A stretch of 64,000 nt of DNA. Source: Azolla caroliniana. Its lineage: Eukaryota > Plantae > Polypodiophyta. Below, one piece after another: positions 14,701 to 32,277 of this stretch; position 1 is the stretch's first letter; each line of letters begins with the position of its first letter. The stretch lies in contig JBHGNT010000013.1 in NCBI GenBank assembly GCA_043228905.1, forward strand, positions 13,144,001 to 13,208,000. Reading direction: 5' to 3'. Under the pieces are notes generated by a model. That model was not told the DNA's origin. It searched no databases and was given only the letters and a program-made list of their open reading frames with translations. The translations under genes were made by a program, and so were the position numbers.

Positions 14701-17143
14701 CGTCCAAGGCCCCCATTCCCAAGTGCCGCATCAATCTCCTACCCAACTCAAGCACAAGTTGAGTTCAGAAAAAAGATACTTGAAAAACACTTTGCATAAA
14801 ATAAATTTGCAAGATGCCAAACAGAAAAACCTGCTCAGCTAGAACCTCCAAGTCAAAACCCAGTTGCTGCAATGCTTCAGAATATTGATCCTTGATGCCA
14901 AGATTATAGACACTATTCAATAAAGAACGACCTAGTAATCAAAGCAAGTTCAAAACAGGTTTAACTTCCCAAATCATGAACATTTTTCGACCATATAAGC
15001 TTGACTTCATCTATATCATTTATTAAAATATAATATTTTCAAAAGGATGAAATTCTGAAGGGGAAGTGGCCATTATTTCTAATTGAATGTCTAAGATTAT
15101 ACTAGAAAGGTACTCCTTTTGTGTTGTTCTATTTGCATACAAGACCCTGGGAGGCTAAATGAACTATTAGATGTTCAAAGGTGATCAAACGAAATCTTAT
15201 ACAGCAGAAAAGAGCAAAGTTGGGACATCACTAACCCATAAGGAACTCCATTGATAGGTAGAAGACTCGCTTTGGATCCTTGTCTTTGAAAAATTGTTGA
15301 GTATCATTCCAACTTTCTAAAAGGCGATCACGTGCACTGCGAGCTGTGGCCTGTACATGAAGATATACTAATTTAGCTCATTGGAAGTTTGTGTTGTCTC
15401 TGAAGGGGGAAAGATAACTGATGTCGCAAAAATGTGAAGATAACGAAAACAAAACGGTTCTCATTTCATTGTGCCCCGAATTCACGGCAGAACGTTTTGT
15501 CATAGTTGCAATGAATTATACAATTCATGGGAAATTATTGTTAGATCTCAAATGTTGCAGACATTCCAGAAAGACAAAACAAAATTGAAGGCAGCTGGAG
15601 ATACGGATGTCAATATTAATAAACATTTTACTGTCTTTTATATGCAGATTCAATGTGCAAACGTACAAGAAAGATAAAGTAAACTTAATGTCGCTACAAT
15701 AGAACTCAGAGAGCAAACAAAAAAACTTGCTGATGAAGATTTTACTAATCCATATATATAATCAGTATATGGGGACAGTGCCACTGCTGTATGTTGAATC
15801 TATCCATGGTCTGGCTGCTTCATAGAATTACTTTGGAACCAGTTAAAGTCACTCATCATCCAGAGGAATTTCAAGAATAGAAATTCCAAGCTAACAATTT
15901 CTGATTGAATGTCTGATAACATGACGGGAAACCCTATCGCCAAAACTAGGTGATGGCTCACATCATTAGAGATTTGCGGACTACTTCATTCTGCAAACAG
16001 AAATACAGACGGTGTACCAAAATAATCTGCATTGTCTAGTAATAGACCAAAGTCTCTGATGGTTTTGCACTACCTTGCCCAAGATAATGAAGTAATATTT
16101 TGAATGCCATGAAAGTAGATCAAACATATTACCACATATCATAGTTTTATGATCCTATGCTCAATCATGGGCACTCAGATACAGTTATTGTTTTGAGGTT
16201 TAAAAGAACATTGATCTTTTGTTTGATATTTGCTGATAGTTCTTGTGTCATTTGTTGTTTGCTCAATGTCAATTTCTTGATGGCTACCCGCAATCCTTCT
16301 TGCTATCAAGCATTGGCATGTCTGATTTCAACAAAGTGATATGATGGACGCTCATAATCCTTCTTACTGCCAATGATTAGGAGTCTGCTTTCAACTAACT
16401 AACATTTTTATTTTTCTTTATTTTTCCTTTTGGGAACTGGTCTTACAAATGCAGCATTGACAACAAGTTACCTGATAAGCTTCAAAGTCATCGAATCGAA
16501 ACCGAGACCTAGCAATGGTGTACTCAACATGGCCAATAATACTCTTTTGAATAGAGTAAACATCATTCTTAAGGTATTGATCCATGAGACCAAAGATAAG
16601 ATCGGTTCTCTTTTGGAATTCTGCCAATTCACTGGGCAAAAGCTCTTGTTTGGTATACAATTTAGAAGGCAATCTCTTGGCCGGTTTTTCCAGAACAGGA
16701 GACTGTTGCATTATTGCATTTAGAAGCACTTTTTGCAAGTTTTTTATGTCTTTCAAATCTTGAATTCGCTCATCGACCCAGAATTTCTGAATAAGTGAGC
16801 CATTCTCATAATCTACTGTAGCTTTAGCCACGTCAAGACCAAGGTCCTTCATTGCACTGACAACAAGCTGAAGGAGGCCGGGTTTTCCAGGGGCAGTAAT
16901 GTGAATTATAGTGTGAGATTCATCTGAATCATTATCAAACACTACCGCAAATGGAGAATCCGTGGGGGTTTTTTCTATGCTGTTGGCCATTTTTGGGGAC
17001 ACTTGGCATTGGATTTGCAATTGGGTTTTTCTCCATTGAAATGGGTTGTGATTGGATTTGGAGAAAGATGAGTTTGTAGAGCGCAAGGAACAGAGCAATG
17101 AAGCAGAGGTAGCAACAGAGCTATGGCAGAATTGGCTCAACAT
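5089..17143 (-). CDS. Alpha-1,4-glucan (starch) phosphorylase, GT35, with putative transit peptide and N-terminal ACT-like domain; 22 exons, about 1001 aa
   Basis: Exons: 17143-16472, 15350-15236, 14931-14831, 14738-14647, 14554-14419, 13682-13614, 13492-13391, 13267-13169, 10855-10745, 10647-10441, 9105-8998, 8926-8831, 8728-8672, 8314-8168, 8072-8013, 7860-7756, 7655-7494, 7395-7322, 6906-6783, 6103-6012, 5925-5802, 5241-5089. All introns are GT-AG and the total is 3006 nt in frame. Motifs: [57 protein letters not shown] and the PLP site [10 protein letters not shown]. Confidence 0.95.
6640..6750. repeat. Three tandem ~38-bp units in a phosphorylase intron
   Basis: acatgtgttagatctttt(t)tacaaaa(a)cc... 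repeated three times. Confidence 0.8.
9480..9900 (-). mobile_element. Degenerate LINE reverse-transcriptase fragment in a phosphorylase intron
   Basis: Minus-strand peptide [18 protein letters not shown]...[15 protein letters not shown] matches the non-LTR RT QxGFR...DFxKAFD motif. Confidence 0.7.
11598..12053. mobile_element. Solo LTR (456 bp) in phosphorylase intron 8
   Basis: TGTTA...TAACA termini with 5-bp TSD ATCCA (11593-11597, 12054-12058); internal segment 11785-11910 is homologous to 58900-59028. Confidence 0.88.
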
Positions 17144-20089
17144 GCCTCCCCCTCCACCAATCTCTGACCTCTCTCTGTGTCTCTGTCTCTGTCTCTGTCT
17201 CTCTCTAGCCTTGTGCCAAATGATGTCCTTTAAATCAAGCTAACTGAGGATATACATAATTTGTTACGCCTAAATAACATCATCAATAAACATGAATATG
17301 CTTTCACTAGATGCTTTTTTTGTTTGCTTTTCGCTTTTTGCTTTTTGATTCTTCCTTGTTACGCACAAAAAATGGGTGGTATCTATCTATGTAAGTCATT
17401 GTGTTCTTCAAATAAATTTGGCTAGGATGCTCCTCCCATAACAAAATGTGGTTTTTTTTTTATGGGTCTTATCTTTTGATTACATACACTCCCAAATTCC
17501 AATGGATGTGTATGGGATTAACACATGTCTATGCTATGTTAATCTGATTCTCCGAACCGGATGCCTAAACCAAGTGAATAGCTCCTCCCAATCTTCTACT
17601 ACAATGTTTGTGTGTGAGAAATTGGACCCAGCTTGTGCTGATAGTGATAACATCAGCCACGTGCTCTCTATGTGTACACGTGCAAGGATCTACGACGAGC
17701 TATATCTTCCACAAGTGCTATGTGTGAGGAATCGGAACAAGCTTTGTGCTACACGTGTGCCCTGAAATTTATGTGCGCGAGAGTGCAGCAGGCTTGCAAT
17801 GAGTTTGTGGTACATGTTTGTGTTAAAAAGTTATATGTGTATGCACGTGTGGGGTACTAGGGCAAGCGCAAGTAGAAGACGACGGTGCTCACGTCAAGAT
17901 CATTCATTGTAATTGTCTATTGTCACAATGATAAAAGTGGAGACTTTTATCTATCATCCATGATTAACCTTTTTTTTCTCTAGTTGCCACTTGTGAGTTT
18001 TTGCAATTGAAAGCACATTGGAAGAGACTAGAACGCGTGCCTTTAATGTTTTAACGCTCGAGCTTCACCATAACGCAATTCGTTTTCAACCCTTTTTGTT
18101 GTGTAAAATGAATTTATGGATGCGGCAATGTACATTGTAAACAAACAAAAAGTAAAACTATCATCCAGTGACTAAAATTGCAAGCATAAGTAATATGTGC
18201 ATTCAAAATGTTCCAATGGAAATCGATGCAAATTGAACCTAAATTAAATCAAGCATTTTTGTTTGATTTATTGGAAACATTGGCTTGAAAAACATAAGAG
18301 TTTTTAGGTTAATTGGATTCTCCTACAAGCCAAAATAATATATATAATTCTCGATTTGAGTAGTGTCTATAAATTGATTGTGCAAGTAGTTGTTTGCAAT
18401 GTGTAAAGTTATGTAGTTATATTGAAAGACACTTTATTCATAGGAACATATAGTATGTCATATGTCAATCAAAGAAGAGAGTGTATACTATAAAAATGAA
18501 TATCACATGAAAAAGTGGCATCTCAATGCAACAATGATAATACAAACTTGCTCGAACATCTAGGAAATTTAATAAAAATGTTGCATCAATCACATCAAAT
18601 TGCAAGAATGCGACCAATCCCCTTGCATTTGGCAATTTTGTACTCATTGGTATGTAACAGGAAGGTGCATGAATCAAATGCCTTAACTGTGATTTATTTA
18701 AACCAATTAATTATGATCTAAATTGCCTAATTAAAATGACAAGCCTAACTAACAACATAGTAGCTCAATGGACCTAAGAATCTTGACTATTTTAACATGC
18801 AATTGAAGTTGTTGATGATTGAATTACTTTCTAGAGTACCATTTGAATGCAATTTTAGAATTATGACATGCTTGGTTATTAGAAATCTACTTAGTAATTT
18901 TGAATTTGATAGATCATGTCGTTCTCACTTCCAATTTATAGAGCAAATAGTTATAGATATATTGCAATTAGCACAACAAATATTCCAATAATTGTCGAGT
19001 AATCTAAAGTATAACTATGTGATTAGCCTTAAATTTCGTGCAACTAGGAGCATCAACTTTGACGAAGCATATTTACATGTAATTTTATATAAGCCATATA
19101 CCCAAATATGGAGAAAATGGGCACAAAATGGCCATGAAATTAATTGCCAAAAATAAACAGTAGAACGCGTTGTCGAGAGAGGGCATAAGAAACTTATTAA
19201 TGTCAAGCAATAAAGCAAAGGAGGAAATAAGGAATATAGGGCACTAGACCACTCGACCATTACCTAAAACTCTTTTTTCCTACACGAAGATAGTTGGCCT
19301 TGTTTCACATGCTAAAAACTAAGCCCTTGTTTATTCACACACTTACTAGTTTGTTAGAAGTGCCCAAAGTCAATGAAATACTCGAACGTTATGTCACATT
19401 GTAGGATTTAGAATAGCTCAATCCTTACCTTTTTTATTCCTCATGAACTACCCCACACCTACTAATCTTGAGGTTAGAGAACCTCGGTTAATTATGCTGT
19501 GCAGTTATGCTCATAACAGAAATGAGGAGAAGGAATCATCAAAAGTACCAAAGGAATTGCTCAACCAACACATATGTATATACTTAAGGACTGGCATGTC
19601 GTGGAAAAGACGAAAACATATAGGAGCGCTTTTGGGGAAATAAAGGAACTCAGGGGAGAAACAAAAGCAAGCTTGTTTCTTTCTGGATTTCTTATTTCGA
19701 ATCCGTTTCAAGACCTATTTTCCAGTAAATACACAAAGTTGTGTCTGCAATGTGCATTATTCATTTGTTATGTTCATGGATATTGTTTTCAACTAGCGAA
19801 GATAGGAATACATACTCCAATCCTCACATTGGGCCTACGGAACCGTATTATAGGTAACAAGAAACTTCAACGCGAGATACGATATGTGATGTCCGATTCA
19901 CCGGAACACGCGTTTGAGCCTCGTCTCGTCGTGGGGGCATCGTTTCCAAGCATCACAAACTGCCAAAGAGCAGCCTATTTACTACCTTTCAATAAGAGAA
20001 GAACCATCTCTCGCAAATTGCTCACAAAGTCGAGTGTATGTGTATGTGAGTACTTTTGTCCGGCCTCAGTGTGAAAGCGTTCGACTCCT

Positions 20090-20097
20090 TAGGGTTT
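20090..20097 (-). promoter_or_regulatory. Telo-box (AAACCCTA) near the RPS18 start; site II-like TGGGCC at about 19830
   Basis: TAGGGTTT about 110 bp upstream of the RPS18 ATG; telo-box plus site II is the established signature of plant ribosomal-protein promoters. Confidence 0.6.
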
Positions 20098-20203
20098 TAG
20101 CTTCTTCTTCACTCTCCTGCATTCTCTTTTGCTCAATCTCCGTCTTCTTCTCCTGCTCCTGAGATTTTATCCGCGCGCCTTCTGCGTCGCTCTCTCTGCA
20201 ATC

Positions 20204-22825
<2,622 letters not shown>

Positions 22826-24829
22826 AATTTCAACTTTGCGGTCTTTGCAATTTCCATCGATGAGGACATTATATTCATGTCTCTGTAATAGTTCTTTTTG
22901 AAAAATTTGGTGGAATGTGTGCCTTGGCTCTTGACTTTCAGGTAGTGCATTTGTTTTTGTTTACTTTTTTTCGAGGCATTTTCCATTGTAATAGACAGTG
23001 ATATTTGTTGAGACATCTTCTTGGATGCCTATTCCTGCTCAAAATTAGTAACTGAATCATTGTGAATTGGTACATTTTGTATGGTTTGTTCAGTAGGAGG
23101 TGATAAAATGGTCATTATAGTTAGGTTTGAGTGCCACTGTGTTGCACTAACATCACAACCTGTGTTACCGGAGGAGTGGACTGAATATCTTACAGTTATA
23201 GGGAATTTGAAAAAGAACTCCATGCTTTGATTGATAGTATTTTCCAAAATTGGAGAATATTACTTTGTTATAGATGGAATGTGTTTGTGAAAATTGATCG
23301 TGTTCATGTCATAACCCATTATAGATGGAATGTATTTTAATTTTACATGTATAATTTGTCCCAAATTTCCTGGTAGTGTAGTTTTAATGAAAAGGATAAT
23401 TACATGAGAAGTAGTGAGCTTTAGTAAGCATTTTTCTTGTTTTGCTAGTTTCTTTTCAGGTCAAATATTAGACCTTGTTGGCATGTCCCAAGTTTTGTGC
23501 TAAAAAATGCTAAATAAGCTTAAGGAGAGATCTTTGCAGTAGATATGGGTCTTTTACACAGGAGGTAATGATGCGACAAGTAAATTAGCTTTGATCCGTC
23601 CTTTTTGGTTTTGAGCTATGTTTACCATGTTAGTAAGCTTTTAGTGTAGTTTCCTTCTGTCTATAGGGCTTCCATCTTCGGTTGCCCTTTGGTTTTCAAG
23701 TTTTAATGGTTACATGAGAGCCCTTCCAAATTGTGTACTAACTATATTTACCTGTATTGTATAATGTAATGATGTGCCTGATTGCACATCCTGGTTCTCT
23801 TAATTGTTGCCAATCTTTGGATCTTTTTTGTTTGGTGAATTGTACTCGATCCTAACTGGACATATATACCATTGCTTGGAGACCACCTCTCGAGCTATTT
23901 AGATAATTCAAATTTAGGACATTCTGAAATTTTTATTTGTATTCACACTTCCAATACAAATATTATGCGACACACAACAAGATGCAACTAACTTAGGGCC
24001 AAATGACTTAGTTGAAGATTACAAATAAGAAGATGGAGGGGCATTAAAAAGGTTTGACATAGTGAAGATATATAAAGAGTGATTTTGATAGGCTTAATTT
24101 GAGTAAAGGACAGTTGATTCCAATGAGTTATAAACTATCTTCTCAACAAGCATGCCATTTGATGATTATAAACAACAATCCATTACTATTCATATTCTAA
24201 AATAAATAAATAAATATATGGCAAGGAATAGTAAGATGTAGCATATTGTTTGGCACACTAGGTCTCACGATTACATTCCTCTTTTGCATTTGCCTTAAGA
24301 TTGCTCCAATCAAATGTTCTCTTCTTTTCCTGTCAAGCATATATTTGCGTTCTTTAGTGTGTGAGAACATACATGCAAATACTAGTGTAATGGCACACCT
24401 CTCCCTCTAGGATAAAAGAACTATGAATGTGGGATTGGGTTTGGCATGTACTAATGCTTGAGCTTTCCAGTACTTATAATGCCGCCCAAGTTTAGGATTT
24501 ATGTGATGGCAATAACACGTGAAGTTCATTCAACCTATGCTTTGACACATGTCTCATGCTCTTGCTATTCGACGGGCACGAATGGCGCATGATGCACGTG
24601 TTGACTCATCGATGATGTGAAAGCATGTGTGGAATACTGATCGAACCTACAATAATCGCATTTCACATGTGACCAGCATGGAGTTGGGCATGTGTGAAGG
24701 ACCCAAGAACTTCCAACCCTCGTAACACATATATGATATAAGAACAAATAATCAAATTAAATCGGCCGGAACCAAGAAGAAGAAAACTTCCTTCACCTAT
24801 ACTCCACCCTCATACATATATTGTTAGTG

Positions 24830-24950
24830 TTACATACACACACACACATATATACATGTGTATGTATGTATGTATGTATGTATGTGTGTGTATACATGTA
24901 TACATATATACATATACTACATATGTATATGTACATACATATATATGGTG
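24830..24950. repeat. Compound CA/TA/TATG microsatellite upstream of actin
   Basis: Visible (ca)n, (tatg)n and (tac/ata) runs. Confidence 0.85.
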
Positions 24951-26257
24951 ATGAATCGAGCTTGGGTTTTACGAGGGGAGAGGGAGAAGAACAGGCAGGA
25001 CAGTTTGAATCCATCGTCGCCATTTCGCCAAAACCTTCTTCCGCCATAGCCAGCGAAGCTTCATCGGCCTTCCACAGGATCGGATCTTCTTTTCCTTCTC
25101 TCTTTCTTAAAAGGTATGCCCCCCCCGCTCCCTCCTCCTCCTCCCCCCTATCTGTCTTTCTTTCTTTGGTCTCCAGCTTTGTCGATCTCCAACCGTCGCC
25201 GCTTTCTTTTAGTTTGGAACTTCTGCCTCCTTTATAATCGTTCTTGCCTTCCTTTCCCTGCGTCTCTTATGTGACCTCCAGGTTTTGTTCCGAACAGTGG
25301 AGAAAGGTTGATATTTTGATTCTTCCGTTTTATATTATCTTTCTCGTTGCCATTGATTTTTTTATAGTCTTGCTTGGCTACCTGCATTGGAACTTTGATA
25401 ACTGTAAGTGCATTTCGTCTCTTCTTTTTTTACGTGGAAAAGTTATTATTATTATTTAAGCCTTCTATTCCATCAGCAGACTCACAAATGGAGCCAGTTT
25501 CACATTAGGAAGCAGATATTTTGACCTGTTTTTTTTATTCTCCACACTATAAGAATTCCTTTTAATTTTTAATCAATAGATCATGTGATCATGATGGAAA
25601 AGAAGATGACAAAGAGACTTCCACGCAAATGAATACAACTGAAACCATTTGTCTATGTAAAAATAAAGAATCGAATCCTCATTCTCTTTGTGTTTCACAC
25701 GCAAAAGGCTAAATTAAATCCTTGAATTCTAGGTCTCATTTTGCTTAATATCCTGGATGGTAGTATAAGAAAATGGTTAGCATATATCACAAATTAGGCT
25801 GATGAAATATATTTTCTGTTTCTGAATCAAAGATGGCATCTTGTCTTTCCAAGATGGTGACAGACTCAAGACGTCCATATATAAATAATATTCATTCTGC
25901 CTGTTTCACATGCAGATGGTTTCCTGTAGTTCTTGAAAGTTAGATTTCCACAAACAATATCATGAAATGAGACAAATAAAATATCATGAAATGTACTCAC
26001 CAAGCAGGCTGATGATTGTAGCAATTACGACATGATGCACAGTGGAAGCAGATCTAGTTTAACTGGAAGATTTGCTGTTCTTTATGTATTTTTGATTACC
26101 GTTCCTGTGTAGTCAATGAAATTGGCTTATGAAGTATGTTTATGTATACACTTAGATAAAAAGAACTGGTAAAGGATTTGTCCGTGATTTATGTTATTTA
26201 TCGAAGTAAATTGGGTCTTCACTTCATCGACACTGCTTTCAATTTCAGGATTTAAGA

Positions 26258-27774
<1,517 letters not shown>

Positions 27775-28366
27775 AGGATTCCATACAGTGATTATCATAT
27801 AGTTTGTCAGATTTGATAGATACACAACATGGTTTTCTTACCACTTTTCTTACTTGAAGTGTCTATTTCATACAGTAGTACCCTTCCATGCAAGGGTACT
27901 CTATCTATAGGTTTTAGTCTGCAATGCTCTGCATAATTGTACTTGTAATAGCATGGATCCTTCATTTACATGTGGATACAGATAGTAAATTAGGCACCCG
28001 TAAGAGATTATGGTGTTTGTCCCTTGCTATACCATGAAATATATCTCAAGTTTCTATGTATGATGTTCAGTTTGTTCATGTGCAATGCTAATGTCATGGT
28101 GATTTTGCTCATTTACCTTCAGATTTGGAACTACAGTGTGTGTGATTGGTAAAGGTATTAACATAATTGACATGCATCATTTAAGCAAATAAATGATTTG
28201 TTGACTCTTCCATCTGTAGCAATGGGACCAATATGGAAGTTATGGCATATAGCATTTCTATTGAAAGTTTGAATGATGGCTATGGCATAAGCCAAGTAGA
28301 TTCAGAGTATAAATGATGATTTGGGAGAGATAGTTAAGGCAATTATGGTCATTCAAGGTTGGTTAA

Positions 28367-28908
28367 TGGCAATGGGCATGGTTCGGTTTCAAGGCAAAGA
28401 AACTAAATCGAACCGTTTATATAAAACAAAAACTAAACCAAACCGTTTATGAACTCTTTAAGTATTTAAACCAAACCATTTAAAAAAAGTAAACCAAACC
28501 ATTTAAACCAAAACCGAGTAAGGAAAAGTTAGAAACTAAACCAAACCATTTAATAAAATATTTAAACCTAAACATTTAAGTTAAACTAATTAAAAATTTA
28601 AATAAAAAAACATTAAATTGAATAAGTATTTAAGTTAAACTTATTAAATTAGTAAAAGAAACTTTAATTGAACCATTAAATTAAATAAATAAATAACCAT
28701 TAAATTAATAAACTATTAAGGGAAAAAAAAGTTAACCAAAAACCTATAAACCTTTAAAGTTGAGTTTTAGAACTGAATCGAACCGAATTGAAGTGTTTAT
28801 CGTAAATCCAAACCAAACCAAAGTATTAAATTTTTTTGGAATTAATAATCTGTTAAACCATGGCTTAATGGTTCGGTTCGATTTAAGCCGAAACTGTGCG
28901 CATTGCTA
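28367..28908. mobile_element. AT-rich hAT-type MITE with AACCR subterminal repeats (542 bp)
   Basis: Imperfect TIRs TGGCAATGGGCA / TGCGCATTGCTA; perfect 8-bp TSD TTGGTTAA (28359-28366, 28909-28916); a related end fragment lies at about 42500-42612. Confidence 0.85.
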
Positions 28909-29202
28909 TTGGTTAATATGACGAAGTATACAACCAGGTGCGTCAATTGGTGCATGAAAAGGGATGAACCAAACTAAATATAAGGAGACAAGTGTGGGGA
29001 TCCTATAAAGCTGTGGTTGCCAACTTGAAAATCCAATGTTTGGACCACCTAGTTACATTTGACCACTAACCATTTGAGTGAGTTGTTGTTCTTTTTGAGT
29101 TTTGCATGGAATGTCGTCATCGTCATAGGTTTTGTAATCCAAAACTTTGTGCCCTTGAATGATGTGCTTGTTGGAGAAGCCATGTGTTGTACTGATGGAT
29201 TA

Positions 29203-30090
29203 TGTTGTCGCAGAAATCCGCGGCTTGCGGGTCGTCTTGGGTGGGACCATTGGGGTCTCGGACCAAGGACCCTAAGAATGAGTGGTTACTAAGCTTGCGG
29301 TGACCTAACTGGCTTGATTGCCGGAGTACCTTACTGAGCACACAGGCTCGTAGAACAGTATCCGATTCGGCCCCGTTGCCGGATTCTGGAAGATGAGCTC
29401 ACGGGCTCACAGACTCGGGTAGGTAAGCGCAAAACACAGGAGGGAAGAGACAACACCTTCCCGGACATAGAAGACAGAGAGAATTGTGAACGCAACCGGA
29501 TAGACCAGAACAAACTCTCACACACACAGTACATCGGACACAACAATACCTAGTAATCGATTAAATACTATGAAAGAATATAAGGTTGGCCTCGGGCCTT
29601 AAATAGAGTTTCGAGCTAAGCAAACACTCTGACCGGTGAGCCTCTGGTTGGGAGCACACGTGCTTCCTTCTTGAGCAAAGGCCACACACCCACTAATCGG
29701 CTGAGCAGAACAAGAAACTTGCAATCCTCGACCCCACAAACCGACATCAACTTCCCCTCCTAAAACGATTGATACCTGCAATAGACACTTTCCATCCCTT
29801 TTTTAGCTCCAAAGCGCAGTAGGGTCGATCTTACATCAGGTTCTTATTACAGTCACTTCCATTAGAGATTCGCCCACGATTCTCTGCCATCACATGCTAT
29901 CACTCCCCTTTTTTGTTGGGATCATAAAGTACCTATTAAACACTCCCACTTTGTACTTATTAATACTTTGATATTTACATTTGTTTGTACATTAGACCGA
30001 GTTCATGTGCACACATGCACACCCCGTGTTCACACGCACCCGGCGGACCTTTCACCTAGTGGACGGAATCCTCCACGACAACGTTCACAT
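29203..30090 (-). mobile_element. Probable LTR-derived sequence
   Basis: Begins TGTTGTCGC; its first ~60 bp resemble the reverse complement of 35590-35650; no TSD found and the right boundary is uncertain. Confidence 0.4.
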
Positions 30091-30895
30091 ATTTGACTGA
30101 GATCACCCTTTACATGATCAAGTAAAGTGGTCAGGAATCGGCTTTGAGTTTTCCCCTTTTCTCAAATTGCTTGTACATTCTTTCAACAAATTTACCTTCA
30201 TGTGAAACGCTCAAGTAATGGATTTAGGTATCCCCGAAAATATAAGCTTAGATGCATGTTAAAGAAATGAATAAAATTCTAGTAAAAATTGACGTGAAAA
30301 AAACAAAAAACATCAAATGAATAAAAAACTAATGATCAGCTAATGGTGGTTATTAAAAAAAGTAACTAGTGAAAAAGATTAAGAAATACAAAAAAAATCA
30401 AAACAACACAACAAAACCAAACGCTCTACATTGGGAGGCCTAAACACGTTCATGATAGACATGACAACCCCATCATCACCCATGTATGGGACATGTAGTC
30501 AATTGGGAGCCCATTGGTCTAGGGCCCCAGCCTACCAATATGTCTTAGAGGCACCTTCCCACCCATGGTAACTACATCAACACCAACATAGTTGGAGAAG
30601 AATCCTTGCCAGAGCCTTCTGCACGATGAAGACCACCATATCTCCTGTCACCGTTTAGCCTAACGTTGCTCAGCCTGCCACTGCCACCTAGCTTGTCACA
30701 ACCCAACCTACTGTAGCCGATGGTTGTTCAAATCATCTAGTGGGATCTTAGCCGGTCTTTAGTCCCCAAACTAAACCGGCAACCAAAGATCTTTAACCAC
30801 CAGCATATCCCTCATCTTCGACTTCCACACTGAGTAGTTGGAGCAAGTGAGCTTGAACATGCCGCCGGACGATTCTTCCATTTTCTATGTTGTTC

Positions 30896-31162
30896 GCTTT
30901 GATACCAGTTTGTGAGGAATAGCGCGGAATATCGCTCGGCCACAACCGAGTCTTGGATCGCAGAAATGGAAAAGAACGAGAGAGTATAAAGAAATGACAC
31001 ATGATGTTTACGTGGAAAACCCTAATAGGGAAAAACCACGGGAGCCCATAGACTCCAACTATCACTATATGAGAGGAAATACAAAGTGGAGGCATAGAGG
31101 TAACGACCTCGTGCTTGCGATCTTTGCTAGACGACGGTTACAATAGAGACTGCTCGTAGCTA

Positions 31163-31206
<44 letters not shown>

Positions 31207-32253
31207 CTGTACAATTACAACAGTATGACAACTACAACCTTCACATAAAGTGATTGCCCTAAGTCATATTTATATTTGTTGAGAATCAAGCTCAACATAG
31301 CACAACGTGTGAACACACCTCTCTCTCTCTCTCTCTCTCTAAGCAAAATTTTGTGTTCCGGTTGGATGCAAGATATAGAAAAATGGTTTGGTAGATAGGA
31401 TGCGAGACACTTGCTTCATGATGCATCATTAGATTCCTCTGTAAATGAGGCATTTTTGCAACGCCAATGTATCATGACATGGGACAAATGTGGAGGCTCA
31501 CGCTTCACACATTATACTACACATGTTGCACCTAACTACAAAACCATATTCTTTGCGGAACGGGGAAATCGTACACATCCATACATGTTAGAGCCCATAC
31601 CGTTATCTTCCATTCGAACCATTGCTTCCATGCGACTTAGCTCACATGCATTGCGATGTGAAACAGGGCGTTGGGGTACAAGTGATGAGAGTGGTCGGCT
31701 ATGCACACTTTGCCCTAAACAAGTTCGCGAATCTGAGTATCACACTTTGATACAATGCTCTACCTTTGATCATATTCGACCATGCTTTCCACATCTCTTC
31801 GATCGAGCCCAATCTTTGCATGAATTCCTCTCACAACCACAATGTGCACTCTCGATTGCAACATTCATTGGTAAAGTTCTTGAACATCGAGAGTCACTAC
31901 TCACTTTCACACATATCACGTGAAATGTAATATTTTGGTCTCATAGGTCATATTTGACCTCCGAAGACGATAATATAATCTATCTATCTATCTATCTCTC
32001 GCTCTCTGTACAGTTACAATAGTATGAAAACTACAACCTTCACATAAAGTGATTGCCCTAAGTCATATTTATACTTGTTGAGAATCAAGCTCAACATAGC
32101 ACAACGTGTGAACACACCTTTTGAGAATCTATGATTTACTCAAAGGTCAAGTTCACACCACTACTCTCTACACATTAACTATGTGTCATAGCATCATATT
32201 CTATGACACATAACTAATGAGTTACATATTCCCCATGACTATGAGTCTTCACA
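30896..32253 (-). mobile_element. 5' LTR (30911-32253, interrupted by a LINE) plus tRNA-iMet PBS of a truncated LTR retrotransposon
   Basis: gctttgatacca (30896-30907) is the reverse complement of TGGTATCAAAGC; termini TGTGAGG...CTTCACA. Confidence 0.7.
31341..31998 (+). mobile_element. 5'-truncated RTEX-like LINE with C-terminal zinc finger and (ATCT)n tail
   Basis: ORF 31411-31923 contains RLSSHALRCETGRW...CTLC...ESEYHTLIQC...HIR; short 3'UTR ending in (tcta)n. Confidence 0.8.
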
Positions 32254-32277
32254 TTCCCCAAGCGAGAGAGTGGTTTT

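Noticed and set aside
15720-16400. Possible intronic C/D snoRNAs
   Set aside because: No properly paired C and D boxes with a terminal stem or recognisable rRNA antisense element.
24793-25459. Several ORFs upstream of actin
   Set aside because: Microsatellite, 5'UTR and leader-intron sequence.
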